Of a stretch of DNA of 64,000 nucleotides, positions 25,301 through 43,300 are shown piece by piece. A model generated the notes under the pieces. It saw only the letters and a list, made by a program, of their open reading frames with translations, did not search any database and had not been told where the DNA came from. Source of the stretch: Eledone cirrhosa (taxonomy: Eukaryota). Where the stretch lies: contig OZ024743.1 in NCBI GenBank assembly GCA_964016885.1, positions 178,746,001 to 178,810,000 of the forward strand. The letters run 5' to 3'. Position numbers and translations under genes: made by a program. Every line of letters starts with the position of its first letter. Within the stretch, counting starts at the first letter, position 1.

Positions 25301-28300
25301 TCAACGATAACACCACCTCCACAACCGCTACCCCCAACATCATCATCATCAACGATAACACCACCACCACAACCGCTACCCCCAACATCATCATCAACGA
25401 CAACACCACCACCACAACCACTACCCCCAACATCATCATCATCAACGACAACACCACCACCACAACCACTACCCCCAACATCATCATCATCAACGATAAC
25501 ACCACCACCACAACCGCTACCCCCAACATCATCATCAACGACAACACCACCACCACAACCACTACCCCCAACATCATCATCATCAACGATAACACCACCA
25601 CCACAACCGCTACCCCCAACATCATCATCAACGACAACACCACCACCACAACCACAACCCCAACATCATCATCATCAACGACAACACCACCACCACAACC
25701 ACTACCCCAACATCATCATCATCAACGACAACACCACCACCACAACCACTAACCCCAACATCATCATCATCAACGACAACACCACCACCACAAACACTAC
25801 CCCCAAACACCATCATCATCAACGACAACACCACCACCACAACCACTACCCCAACATCATCATCATCAACGACAACACCACCACCACAACCGCTACCCCC
25901 AACATCATCGTCATCAACGACAACACCACCACCACAACCACTACCCCAACATCATCGTCATCAACGACAACACCACCACCACAACCACTACCCCAACATC
26001 ATCATCATCAACGACACCACCACCACCACAACCACTACACCCAACATCATCATCATCAACGACAACACCACCACCACAACCACTACCCCAACATCATCAT
26101 CATCAACGACACCACCACCACCCCAACCACTACCCCAACATCATCATCATCATCAACGACAACACCACCACCACAACCACTACCCCAACATCATCATCAT
26201 CAACGACACCACCACCACCACAACCACTACCCCAACATCATCATCATCAACGACAACACCACCACCACAACCACTAACCCCAACATTATCATCATCAACG
26301 ACAACACCACCACCACAACCACTACCCCCAACATCATCATCATCAACGACAACACCACCACCACAACCACTACCCCAACATCATCATCATCAACGATAAC
26401 ACCACCACCACAACCACTACCCCAACATCATCATCATCAACGACAACACCACTACCACAACCACTACCCCCAACATCATCATCAATCAACGATAACACCA
26501 CCACCACAACCATTAAGCCCAACATCATCATCATCAACGACAACACCACCACCACAACCACTACCCCAACATCATCATCATCAACGACACCACCACCACC
26601 ACAACCACTACCCCAACATCATCATCAACGGCAACACCACCACCACAACCACTACCCCCATCATCCTCATCATCAACGACAACACCACCACCACCACAAC
26701 CACTACCCCAACATCATCATCATCAACGACAACACCATCACCACAACCACTACCCCCAACATCATCATCATCAACGACAACACCACCACCACAACCGCTA
26801 ACCCCAACATCATCATCATCAACGACAACACCACCACCACAACCACTACTCCCAACATCATCATCATCAACGACACCACCACAAAAACTACCCCATCATC
26901 ATCATCATCAACGACACCACCACCACCACAACCGCTAACCCCAACATCATCATCATCAACGACAACACCACCACCACAACCGCTAACCCCAACATCATCA
27001 TCAACGACAACACCACCACCACAACCACTACCCCCAACATCATCATCATCAACGATAACACCACCCCCACAACCGCTACCCCCAACATCATCATCATCAA
27101 CGATAACACCACCACCACAACCGCTACCCCCAACATCATCATCAACGACAACACCACCACCACAACCACTACCCCCAACATCATCATCATCAACGATAAC
27201 ACCACCACCACAACCGCTACCCCCAACATCATCATCAACGACAACACCTTCACCACAACCACTACCCCCAACATCATCATCATCAACGACAACACCACCA
27301 CCACAACCACTACCCCAACATCATCATCATCAACGACAACACCACCACCACAACCACTAACCCCAACATCATCATCATCAACGACAACACCACCACCACA
27401 ACCACTACCCCCAACATCATCATCATCAACGACAACACCACCACCACAACCACTACCCTCAACATCATCATCATCAACGACAACACCACCACCACAACCA
27501 CTACCCCCAACATCATCATCATCAACGATAACACCACCACCACAACCGCTACCCCCAACATCATCATCAACGACAACACCACCACCACAACCACTACCCC
27601 CAACATCATCATCATCAACGATAACACCACCACCACAACCGCTACCCCCAACATCATCATCAACGACAACACCACCACCACAACCACTACCCCCAACATC
27701 ATCATCATCAACGACAACACCACCACCACAACCACTACCCCCAACATCATCATCATCAACGATAACACCACCACCACAACCGCTACCCCAACATCATCAT
27801 CAACGACAACACCACCACCACAACCACTACCCCCAACATCATCATCATCAACGACAACACCACCACCACAACCACTACCCCCAACATCATCATCATCAAC
27901 GATAACACCACCACCACAACCGCTACCCCCAACATCATCATCATCAACGATAACACCACCACCACAACCACTACCCCCAACATCATCATCATCAACGACA
28001 ACACCACCACCACAACCACTACCCCAACATCATCATCAACGACAACACCACCGTCCCTACCACTACCCGAACATCATCATCAACGACAACACCACCGCCA
28101 CAACCACTACCCCCAACATCATCATCATCAACGACAACACCACCACCACAACCACTACCCCAACATCATCATCAACGACAACACCACCGCCACAACCACT
28201 ACCCCAACATCATCATCAACGACAACACCACCACCACAACCACAACCCCAACATCATCATCATCAACGACAACACCACCACCACAACCACTACCCCAACA

Positions 28301-31300
28301 TCATCATCATCAACGACACCACCACCACCACAACCACTACCCCAACATCATCAACATCAACGACAACACCACCACCACAATCACTAACCCCAACATCATC
28401 ATCATCAACGACAACACCACCACCACAACCACTACCCCCAACATCATCATCATCAACGACAACACCACCACCACAACCACTACCCCAACATCATCATCAT
28501 CAACGACAACACCACCACCACAACCACTACCCGCAACATCATCATCATCAACGACAACACCACCACCACAACCACTACCCCAACATCATCATCATCAACG
28601 ATAACACCACCACCACAAAAATTAAGCCCAACATCATCATCATCAACGACAACACCACCACCACAACCACTACCCCCAACATCATCATCATCAACGACAA
28701 CACCACCACCACAACCACTACCCCCAACATCATCATCATCAACGATAACACCACCACCACAACCACTACCCCCATACATCATCATCATCAACGACAACAC
28801 CACCACCACAACTACTACCCCATACATCATCATCATCAACGACACCACCACCACCACAACCACTACCCCCAACATCATCATCATCAACGACAACACCACC
28901 ACCACAACCACTACCCCAACATCATCATCATCAACGATAACACCACCACCACAAAAATTAAGCCCAACATCATCATCATCAACGACAACACCACCACCAC
29001 AACCACTACCCCCAACATCATCATCATCAACGACAACACCACCACCACAACCACTACCCCAACATCATCATCATCAACGATAACACCACCACCACAACCA
29101 CTACCCCCAACATCATCATCATCAACGACAACACCACCACCACAACTACTACCCCATACATCATCATCATCAACGACAACACCACCACCACAACTACTAC
29201 CCCATACATCATCATCATCAACGACAACACCACCACCACAACCACTACCCCCAACATCATCATCATCAACGACAACACCACCACCACAACCACTACCACA
29301 ACATCATCATCATCAACGACAACACCACCACCACAACCACTATTCCAACATCATCATCATCAACGACAACACCACCACCACAACCACTACCCCCAACATC
29401 ATCATCATCAACGACAACACCACCACCACAACCGCTAACTCCAACATCATCATCATCAACGACACCACCACCACCACAACCACTACCCCAACATCATCAT
29501 CATCAACGACAACACCACCACCACAACCACTACCCCCAACATCATCATCATCAACGACAACACCACCACCACAACCGCTAAGCCCAACATCATCATCATC
29601 AACGACAACACCACCACCACAACCACTACCCCCAACATCATCATCATCAACGACAACACCACCACCACAACCGCTAACCCCAACATCATCATCATCAACG
29701 ACAACACCACCACCACAACCACTACCCCCAACATCATCATCATCAACGACAACACCACCACCACAACCGCTAACCCCAACATCATCATCATCAACGACAA
29801 CACCACCACCACAACCACTACCCCAACATCATCATCATCAACGACAACACCACCACCACAACCACTACTCCCAACATCATCATCATCAACGACACCACCA
29901 CAAAAACTACCCCATCATCATCATCATCAACGACACCACCACCACCACAACCGCTAACCCCAACATCATCATCATCAACGACAACACCACCACCACAACC
30001 GCTAACCCCAACATCATCATCAACGACAACACCACCACCACAACCACTACCCCCAACATCATCATCATCAACGATAACACCACCACCACAACCGCTACCC
30101 CCAACATCATCATCATCAACGATAACACCACCACCACAACCGCTACCCCCAACATCATCATCAACGACAACACCACCACCACAACCACTACCCCCAACAT
30201 CATCATCATCAACGATAACACCACCACCACAACCGCTACCCCCAACATCATCATCAACGACAACACCTTCACCACAACCACTACCCTCAACATCATCATC
30301 ATCAACGACAACACCACCACCACAACCACTACCCCCAACATCATCATCATCAACGATAACACCACCACCACAACCGCTACCCCCAACATCATCATCAACG
30401 ACAACACCACCACCACAACCACTACCCCCAACATCATCATCATCAACGATAACACCACCACCACAACCGCTACCCCCAACATCATCATCAACGACAACAC
30501 CACCACCACAACCACTACCCCCAACATCATCATCATCAACGACAACACCACCACCACAACCACTACCCCCAACATCATCATCATCAACGATAACACCACC
30601 ACCACAACCGCTACCCCAACATCATCATCAACGACAACACCACCACCACAACCACTACCCCCAACATCATCATCATCAACGACAACACCACCACCACAAC
30701 CACTACCCCCAACATCATCATCATCAACGATAACACCACCACCACAACCGCTACCCCCAACATCATCATCATCAACGACAACACCACCACCACAACCACT
30801 ACCCCCAACATCATCATCATCAACGACAACACCACCACCACAACCACTACCCCAACATCATCATCAACGACAACACCACCGTCCCTACCACTACCCGAAC
30901 ATCATCATCAACGACAACACCACCGCCACAACCACTACCCCCAACATCATCATCATCAACGACAACACCACCACCACAACCACTACCCCAACATCATCAT
31001 CAACGACAACACCACCGCCACAACCACTACCCCAACATCATCATCAACGACAACACCACCACCACAACCACAACCCCAACATCTTCATCATCAACGACAA
31101 CACCACCACCACAACCACTACCCCAACATCATCATCATCAACGACACCACCACCACCACAACCACTACCCCAACATCATCAACATCAACGACAACACCAC
31201 CACCACAATCACTAACCCCAACATCATCATCATCAACGACAAAACCACCACCACAACCACTACCCCCAACATCATCATCATCAACGACAACACCACCACC

Positions 31301-34300
31301 ACAACCACTACCCCAACATCATCATCATCAACGATAACACCACCACCACAACCACTACCCCAACATCATCATCATCAACGACAACACCACTACCACAACC
31401 ACTACCCCCAACATCATCATCAATCAACGATAACACCACCACCACAACCATTAAGCCCAACATCATCATCATCAACGACAACACCACCACCACAACCACT
31501 ACCCCAACATCATCATCATCAACGACACCACCACCACCACAACCACTACCCCAACATCATCATCAACGGCAACACCACCACCACAACCACTACCCCCATC
31601 ATCCTCATCATCAACGACAACACCACCACCACCACAACCACTACCCCAACATCATCATCATCAACGACAACACCACCACCACAACCACTACCCCCAACAT
31701 CATCATCATCAACGACAACACCACCACCACAACCACTATCCCAACATCATCATCATCAACGACAACACCACCACCACAACCACTATCCCAACATCATCAT
31801 CATCAACGACAACACCACCACCACAACCACTACCCCAACATCATCATCATCAACGATAACACCACCACCACAACCACTACCCCCAACATCATCATCATCA
31901 ACGACAACACCACCACCACAACCATTACCCCAACATCATCATCATCAACGACAACACCACCACCACAACCACTACCCCCATCATCATCATCATCAACGAC
32001 AACACCACCACCACAACCAATACCCCCAAACACCATCAACATCAACGACAACACCACCACCACAACCACTACCCCCAACAACATCATCATCAACGACAAC
32101 ACCACCACCACATCCATTAACCCCAACCTCATCATCAACAACGACAACACCACCACCACAACCATTAACCCCAACCTCATCATCATCAACTACAACACCA
32201 CCACCACAACCACTACGCCCAACATCATCATCATCAACGACAACACCACCACCACAACCACTACCCCAACATCATCATCATCAACGACAACACCACCACC
32301 ACAACCACTACCCCAACATCATCATCATCAACGACACCACCACCACCACAACCACTACCCCAACATCATCATCATCAACGACAACACCACCACCACAACC
32401 ACTAACCCCAACATCATCATTATCAACGACAACACCACCACCACAACCACTACCCCCAACATCATCATCATCAACGACAACACCACCACCACAACCACTA
32501 CCCCAACATCATCATCATCAACGACAACACCACCACAACAACCACTACCCCCAACATCATCATCATCAACGACAACACCACCACCACAACCACTACCCCA
32601 ACATCATCATCATCAACGATAACACCACCACCACAACCATTAAGCCCATCATCATCATCATCAACGGCAAACACCACCACCACAACCACTACCCCAACAT
32701 CATCATCAACGATAACACCACCACCACAACCACTACCCCCAACATCATCATCATCAACGACAACACCACCACCACAACCACTACCCCCAACATCATCATC
32801 ATCAACGACAACACCATCACCACAACCACTACCCCCAACATCATCATCATCAACGACAACACCACCACCACAACCGCTAACCCCAACATCATCATCATCA
32901 ACGACAACACCACCACCACAACCACTACTCCCAACATCATCATCATCAACGACACCACCACAAAAACTACCCCATCATCATCATCATCAACGACACCACC
33001 ACCACCACAACCGCTAACCCCAACATCATCATCATCAACGACAACACCACCACCACAACCGCTAACCCCAACATCATCATCAACGACAACACCACCACCA
33101 CAACCACTACCCCCAACATCATCATCATCAACGATAACACCACCTCCACAACCGCTACCCCCAACATCATCATCATCAACGATAACACCACCACCACAAC
33201 CGCTACCCCCAACATCATCATCAACGACAACACCACCACCACAACCACTACCCCCAACATCATCATCATCAACGACAACACCACCACCACAACCACTACC
33301 CCCAACATCATCATCATCAACGATAACACCACCACCACAACCGCTACCCCCAACATCATCATCAACGACAACACCACCACCACAACCACTACCCCCAACA
33401 TCATCATCATCAACGATAACACCACCACCACAACCGCTACCCCCAACATCATCATCAACGACAACACCACCACCACAACCACAACCCCAACATCATCATC
33501 ATCAACGACAACACCACCACCACAACCACTACCCCAACATCATCATCATCAACGACAACACCACCACCACAACCACTAACCCCAACATCATCATCATCAA
33601 CGACAACACCACCACCACAAACACTACCCCCAAACACCATCATCATCAACGACAACACCACCACCACAACCACTACCCCAACATCATCATCATCAACGAC
33701 AACACCACCACCACAACCGCTACCCCCAACATCATCGTCATCAACGACAACACCACCACCACAACCACTACCCCAACATCATCGTCATCAACGACAACAC
33801 CACCACCACAACCACTACCCCAACATCATCATCATCAACGACACCACCACCACCACAACCACTACACCCAACATCATCATCATCAACGACAACACCACCA
33901 CCACAACCACTACCCCAACATCATCATCATCAACGACACCACCACCACCCCAACCACTACCCCAACATCATCATCATCATCAACGACAACACCACCACCA
34001 CAACCACTACCCCAACATCATCATCATCAACGACACCACCACCACCACAACCACTACCCCAACATCATCATCATCAACGACAACACCACCACCACAACCA
34101 CTAACCCCAACATTATCATCATCAACGACAACACCACCACCACAACCACTACCCCCAACATCATCATCATCAACGACAACACCACCACCACAACCACTAC
34201 CCCAACATCATCATCATCAACGATAACACCACCACCACAACCACTACCCCAACATCATCATCATCAACGACAACACCACTACCACAACCACTACCCCCAA

Positions 34301-37300
34301 CATCATCATCAATCAACGATAACACCACCACCACAACCATTAAGCCCAACATCATCATCATCAACGACAACACCACCACCACAACCACTACCCCAACATC
34401 ATCATCATCAACGACACCACCACCACCACAACCACTACCCCAACATCATCATCAACGGCAACACCACCACCACAACCACTACCCCCATCATCCTCATCAT
34501 CAACGACAACACCACCACCACCACAACCACTACCCCAACATCATCATCATCAACGACAACACCATCACCACAACCACTACCCCCAACATCATCATCATCA
34601 ACGACAACACCACCACCACAACCGCTAACCCCAACATCATCATCATCAACGACAACACCACCACCACAACCACTACTCCCAACATCATCATCATCAACGA
34701 CACCACCACAAAAACTACCCCATCATCATCATCATCAACGACACCACCACCACCACAACCGCTAACCCCAACATCATCATCATCAACGACAACACCACCA
34801 CCACAACCGCTAACCCCAACATCATCATCAACGACAACACCACCACCACAACCACTACCCCCAACATCATCATCATCAACGATAACACCACCCCCACAAC
34901 CGCTACCCCCAACATCATCATCATCAACGATAACACCACCACCACAACCGCTACCCCCAACATCATCATCAACGACAACACCACCACCACAACCACTACC
35001 CCCAACATCATCATCATCAACGATAACACCACCACCACAACCGCTACCCCCAACATCATCATCAACGACAACACCTTCACCACAACCACTACCCCCAACA
35101 TCATCATCATCAACGACAACACCACCACCACAACCACTACCCCAACATCATCATCATCAACGACAACACCACCACCACAACCACTAACCCCAACATCATC
35201 ATCATCAACGACAACACCACCACCACAACCACTACCCCCAACATCATCATCATCAACGACAACACCACCACCACAACCACTACCCTCAACATCATCATCA
35301 TCAACGACAACACCACCACCACAACCACTACCCCCAACATCATCATCATCAACGATAACACCACCACCACAACCGCTACCCCCAACATCATCATCAACGA
35401 CAACACCACCACCACAACCACTACCCCCAACATCATCATCATCAACGATAACACCACCACCACAACCGCTACCCCCAACATCATCATCAACGACAACACC
35501 ACCACCACAACCACTACCCCCAACATCATCATCATCAACGACAACACCACCACCACAACCACTACTCCCAACATCATCATCATCAACGACACCACCACAA
35601 AAACTACCCCATCATCATCATCATCAACGACACCACCACCACCACAACCGCTAACCCCAACATCATCATCATCAACGACAACACCACCACCACAACCGCT
35701 AACCCCAACATCATCATCAACGACAACACCACCACCACAACCACTACCCCCAACATCATCATCATCAACGATAACACCACCACCACAACCGCTACCCCCA
35801 ACATCATCATCATCAACGATAACACCACCACCACAACCGCTACCCCCAACATCATCATCAACGACAACACCACCACCACAACCACTACCCCCAACATCAT
35901 CATCATCAACGATAACACCACCACCACAACCGCTACCCCCAACATCATCATCAACGACAACACCTTCACCACAACCACTACCCTCAACATCATCATCATC
36001 AACGACAACACCACCACCACAACCACTACCCCCAACATCATCATCATCAACGATAACACCACCACCACAACCGCTACCCCCAACATCATCATCAACGACA
36101 ACACCACCACCACAACCACTACCCCCAACATCATCATCATCAACGATAACACCACCACCACAACCGCTACCCCCAACATCATCATCAACGACAACACCAC
36201 CACCACAACCACTACCCCCAACATCATCATCATCAACGACAACACCACCACCACAACCACTACCCCCAACATCATCATCATCAACGATAACACCACCACC
36301 ACAACCGCTACCCCAACATCATCATCAACGACAACACCACCACCACAACCACTACCCCCAACATCATCATCATCAACGACAACACCACCACCACAACCAC
36401 TACCCCCAACATCATCATCATCAACGATAACACCACCACCACAACCGCTACCCCCAACATCATCATCATCAACGACAACACCACCACCACAACCACTACC
36501 CCCAACATCATCATCATCAACGACAACACCACCACCACAACCACTACCCCAACATCATCATCAACGACAACACCACCGTCCCTACCACTACCCGAACATC
36601 ATCATCAACGACAACACCACCGCCACAACCACTACCCCCAACATCATCATCATCAACGACAACACCACCACCACAACCACTACCCCAACATCATCATCAA
36701 CGACAACACCACCGCCACAACCACTACCCCAACATCATCATCAACGACAACACCACCACCACAACCACAACCCCAACATCTTCATCATCAACGACAACAC
36801 CACCACCACAACCACTACCCCAACATCATCATCATCAACGACACCACCACCACCACAACCACTACCCCAACATCATCAACATCAACGACAACACCACCAC
36901 CACAATCACTAACCCCAACATCATCATCATCAACGACAAAACCACCACCACAACCACTACCCCCAACATCATCATCATCAACGACAACACCACCACCACA
37001 ACCACTACCCCAACATCATCATCATCAACGATAACACCACCACCACAACCACTACCCCAACATCATCATCATCAACGACAACACCACTACCACAACCACT
37101 ACCCCCAACATCATCATCAATCAACGATAACACCACCACCACAACCATTAAGCCCAACATCATCATCATCAACGACAACACCACCACCACAACCACTACC
37201 CCAACATCATCATCATCAACGACACCACCACCACCACAACCACTACCCCAACATCATCATCAACGGCAACACCACCACCACAACCACTACCCCCATCATC

Positions 37301-40300
37301 CTCATCATCAACGACAACACCACCACCACCACAACCACTACCCCAACATCATCATCATCAACGACAACACCACCACCACAACCACTACCCCCAACATCAT
37401 CATCATCAACGACAACACCACCACCACAACCACTATCCCAACATCATCATCATCAACGACAACACCACCACCACAACCACTATCCCAACATCATCATCAT
37501 CAACGACAACACCACCACCACAACCACTACCCCAACATCATCATCATCAACGATAACACCACCACCACAACCACTACCCCCAACATCATCATCATCAACG
37601 ACAACACCACCACCACAACCATTACCCCAACATCATCATCATCAACGACAACACCACCACCACAACCACTACCCCCATCATCATCATCATCAACGACAAC
37701 ACCACCACCACAACCAATACCCCCAAACACCATCAACATCAACGACAACACCACCACCACAACCACTACCCCCAACAACATCATCATCAACGACAACACC
37801 ACCACCACATCCATTAACCCCAACCTCATCATCAACAACGACAACACCACCACCACAACCATTAACCCCAACCTCATCATCATCAACTACAACACCACCA
37901 CCACAACCACTACGCCCAACATCATCATCATCAACGACAACACCACCACCACAACCACTACCCCAACATCATCATCATCAACGACAACACCACCACCACA
38001 ACCACTACCCCAACATCATCATCATCAACGACACCACCACCACCACAACCACTACCCCAACATCATCATCATCAACGACAACACCACCACCACAACCACT
38101 AACCCCAACATCATCATTATCAACGACAACACCACCACCACAACCACTACCCCCAACATCATCATCATCAACGACAACACCACCACCACAACCACTACCC
38201 CAACATCATCATCATCAACGACAACACCACCACAACAACCACTACCCCCAACATCATCATCATCAACGACAACACCACCACCACAACCACTACCCCAACA
38301 TCATCATCATCAACGATAACACCACCACCACAACCATTAAGCCCATCATCATCATCATCAACGGCAAACACCACCACCACAACCACTACCCCAACATCAT
38401 CATCAACGATAACACCACCACCACAACCACTACCCCCAACATCATCATCATCAACGACAACACCACCACCACAACCACTACCCCCAACATCATCATCATC
38501 AACGACAACACCATCACCACAACCACTACCCCCAACATCATCATCATCAACGACAACACCACCACCACAACCGCTAACCCCAACATCATCATCATCAACG
38601 ACAACACCACCACCACAACCACTACTCCCAACATCATCATCATCAACGACACCACCACAAAAACTACCCCATCATCATCATCATCAACGACACCACCACC
38701 ACCACAACCGCTAACCCCAACATCATCATCATCAACGACAACACCACCACCACAACCGCTAACCCCAACATCATCATCAACGACAACACCACCACCACAA
38801 CCACTACCCCCAACATCATCATCATCAACGATAACACCACCTCCACAACCGCTACCCCCAACATCATCATCATCAACGATAACACCACCACCACAACCGC
38901 TACCCCCAACATCATCATCAACGACAACACCACCACCACAACCACTACCCCCAACATCATCATCATCAACGACAACACCACCACCACAACCACTACCCCC
39001 AACATCATCATCATCAACGATAACACCACCACCACAACCGCTACCCCCAACATCATCATCAACGACAACACCACCACCACAACCACTACCCCCAACATCA
39101 TCATCATCAACGATAACACCACCACCACAACCGCTACCCCCAACATCATCATCAACGACAACACCACCACCACAACCACAACCCCAACATCATCATCATC
39201 AACGACAACACCACCACCACAACCACTACCCCAACATCATCATCATCAACGACAACACCACCACCACAACCACTAACCCCAACATCATCATCATCAACGA
39301 CAACACCACCACCACAAACACTACCCCCAAACACCATCATCATCAACGACAACACCACCACCACAACCACTACCCCAACATCATCATCATCAACGACAAC
39401 ACCACCACCACAACCGCTACCCCCAACATCATCGTCATCAACGACAACACCACCACCACAACCACTACCCCAACATCATCGTCATCAACGACAACACCAC
39501 CACCACAACCACTACCCCAACATCATCATCATCAACGACACCACCACCACCACAACCACTACACCCAACATCATCATCATCAACGACAACACCACCACCA
39601 CAACCACTACCCCAACATCATCATCATCAACGACACCACCACCACCCCAACCACTACCCCAACATCATCATCATCATCAACGACAACACCACCACCACAA
39701 CCACTACCCCAACATCATCATCATCAACGACACCACCACCACCACAACCACTACCCCAACATCATCATCATCAACGACAACACCACCACCACAACCACTA
39801 ACCCCAACATTATCATCATCAACGACAACACCACCACCACAACCACTACCCCCAACATCATCATCATCAACGACAACACCACCACCACAACCACTACCCC
39901 AACATCATCATCATCAACGATAACACCACCACCACAACCACTACCCCAACATCATCATCATCAACGACAACACCACTACCACAACCACTACCCCCAACAT
40001 CATCATCAATCAACGATAACACCACCACCACAACCATTAAGCCCAACATCATCATCATCAACGACAACACCACCACCACAACCACTACCCCAACATCATC
40101 ATCATCAACGACACCACCACCACCACAACCACTACCCCAACATCATCATCAACGGCAACACCACCACCACAACCACTACCCCCATCATCCTCATCATCAA
40201 CGACAACACCACCACCACCACAACCACTACCCCAACATCATCATCATCAACGACAACACCATCACCACAACCACTACCCCCAACATCATCATCATCAACG

Positions 40301-43300
40301 ACAACACCACCACCACAACCGCTAACCCCAACATCATCATCATCAACGACAACACCACCACCACAACCACTACTCCCAACATCATCATCATCAACGACAC
40401 CACCACAAAAACTACCCCATCATCATCATCATCAACGACACCACCACCACCACAACCGCTAACCCCAACATCATCATCATCAACGACAACACCACCACCA
40501 CAACCGCTAACCCCAACATCATCATCAACGACAACACCACCACCACAACCACTACCCCCAACATCATCATCATCAACGATAACACCACCCCCACAACCGC
40601 TACCCCCAACATCATCATCATCAACGATAACACCACCACCACAACCGCTACCCCCAACATCATCATCAACGACAACACCACCACCACAACCACTACCCCC
40701 AACATCATCATCATCAACGATAACACCACCACCACAACCGCTACCCCCAACATCATCATCAACGACAACACCTTCACCACAACCACTACCCCCAACATCA
40801 TCATCATCAACGACAACACCACCACCACAACCACTACCCCAACATCATCATCATCAACGACAACACCACCACCACAACCACTAACCCCAACATCATCATC
40901 ATCAACGACAACACCACCACCACAACCACTACCCCCAACATCATCATCATCAACGACAACACCACCACCACAACCACTACCCTCAACATCATCATCATCA
41001 ACGACAACACCACCACCACAACCACTACCCCCAACATCATCATCATCAACGATAACACCACCACCACAACCGCTACCCCCAACATCATCATCAACGACAA
41101 CACCACCACCACAACCACTACCCCCAACATCATCATCATCAACGATAACACCACCACCACAACCGCTACCCCCAACATCATCATCAACGACAACACCACC
41201 ACCACAACCACTACCCCCAACATCATCATCATCAACGACAACACCACCACCACAACCACTACCCCCAACATCATCATCATCAACGATAACACCACCACCA
41301 CAACCGCTACCCCAACATCATCATCAACGACAACACCACCACCACAACCACTACCCCCAACATCATCATCATCAACGACAACACCACCACCACAACCACT
41401 ACCCCCAACATCATCATCATCAACGATAACACCACCACCACAACCGCTACCCCCAACATCATCATCATCAACGATAACACCACCACCACAACCACTACCC
41501 CCAACATCATCATCATCAACGACAACACCACCACCACAACCACTATCCCAACATCATCATCAACGACAACACCACCGTCCCTACCACTACCCGAACATCA
41601 TCATCAACGACAACACCACCGCCACAACCACTACCCCCAACATCATCATCATCAACGACAACACCACCACCACAACCACTACCCCAACATCATCATCAAC
41701 GACAACACCACCGCCACAACCACTACCCCAACATCATCATCAACGACAACACCACCACCACAACCACAACCCCAACATCATCATCATCAACGACAACACC
41801 ACCACCACAACCACTACCCCAACATCATCATCATCAACGACACCACCACCACCACAACCACTACCCCAACATCATCAACATCAACGACAACACCACCACC
41901 ACAATCACTAACCCCAACATCATCATCATCAACGACAACACCACCACCACAACCACTACCCCCAACATCATCATCATCAACGACAACACCACCACCACAA
42001 CCACTACCCCAACATCATCATCATCAACGACAACACCACCACCACAACCACTACCCGCAACATCATCATCATCAACGACAACACCACCACCACAACCACT
42101 ACCCCAACATCATCATCATCAACGATAACACCACCACCACAAAAATTAAGCCCAACATCATCATCATCAACGACAACACCACCACCACAACCACTACCCC
42201 CAACATCATCATCATCAACGACAACACCACCACCACAACCACTACCCCCAACATCATCATCATCAACGATAACACCACCACCACAACCACTACCCCCATA
42301 CATCATCATCATCAACGACAACACCACCACCACAACTACTACCCCATACATCATCATCATCAACGACACCACCACCACCACAACCACTACCCCCAACATC
42401 ATCATCATCAACGACAACACCACCACCACAACCACTACCCCAACATCATCATCATCAACGATAACACCACCACCACAAAAATTAAGCCCAACATCATCAT
42501 CATCAACGACAACACCACCACCACAACCACTACCCCCAACATCATCATCATCAACGACAACACCACCACCACAACCACTACCCCAACATCCTCATCATCA
42601 ACGATAACACCACCACCACAACCACTACCCCCAACATCATCATCATCAACGACAACACCACCACCACAACTACTACCCCATACATCATCATCATCAACGA
42701 CAACACCACCACCACAACTACTACCCCATACATCATCATCATCAACGACAACACCACCACCACAACCACTACCCCCAACATCATCATCATCAACGACAAC
42801 ACCACCACCACAACCACTACCACAACATCATCATCATCAACGACAACACCACCACCACAACCACTATTCCAACATCATCATCATCAACGACAACACCACC
42901 ACCACAACCACTACCCCCAACATCATCATCATCAACGACAACACCACCACCACAACCGCTAACTCCAACATCATCATCATCAACGACACCACCACCACCA
43001 CAACCACTACCCCAACATCATCATCATCAACGACAACACCACCACCACAACCACTACCCCCAACATCATCATCATCAACGACAACACCACCACCACAACC
43101 GCTAAGCCCAACATCATCATCATCAACGACAACACCACCACCACAACCACTACCCCCAACATCATCATCATCAACGACAACACCACCACCACAACCGCTA
43201 ACCCCAACATCATCATCATCAACGACAACACCACCACCACAACCACTACCCCCAACATCATCATCATCAACGACAACACCACCACCACAACCGCTAACCC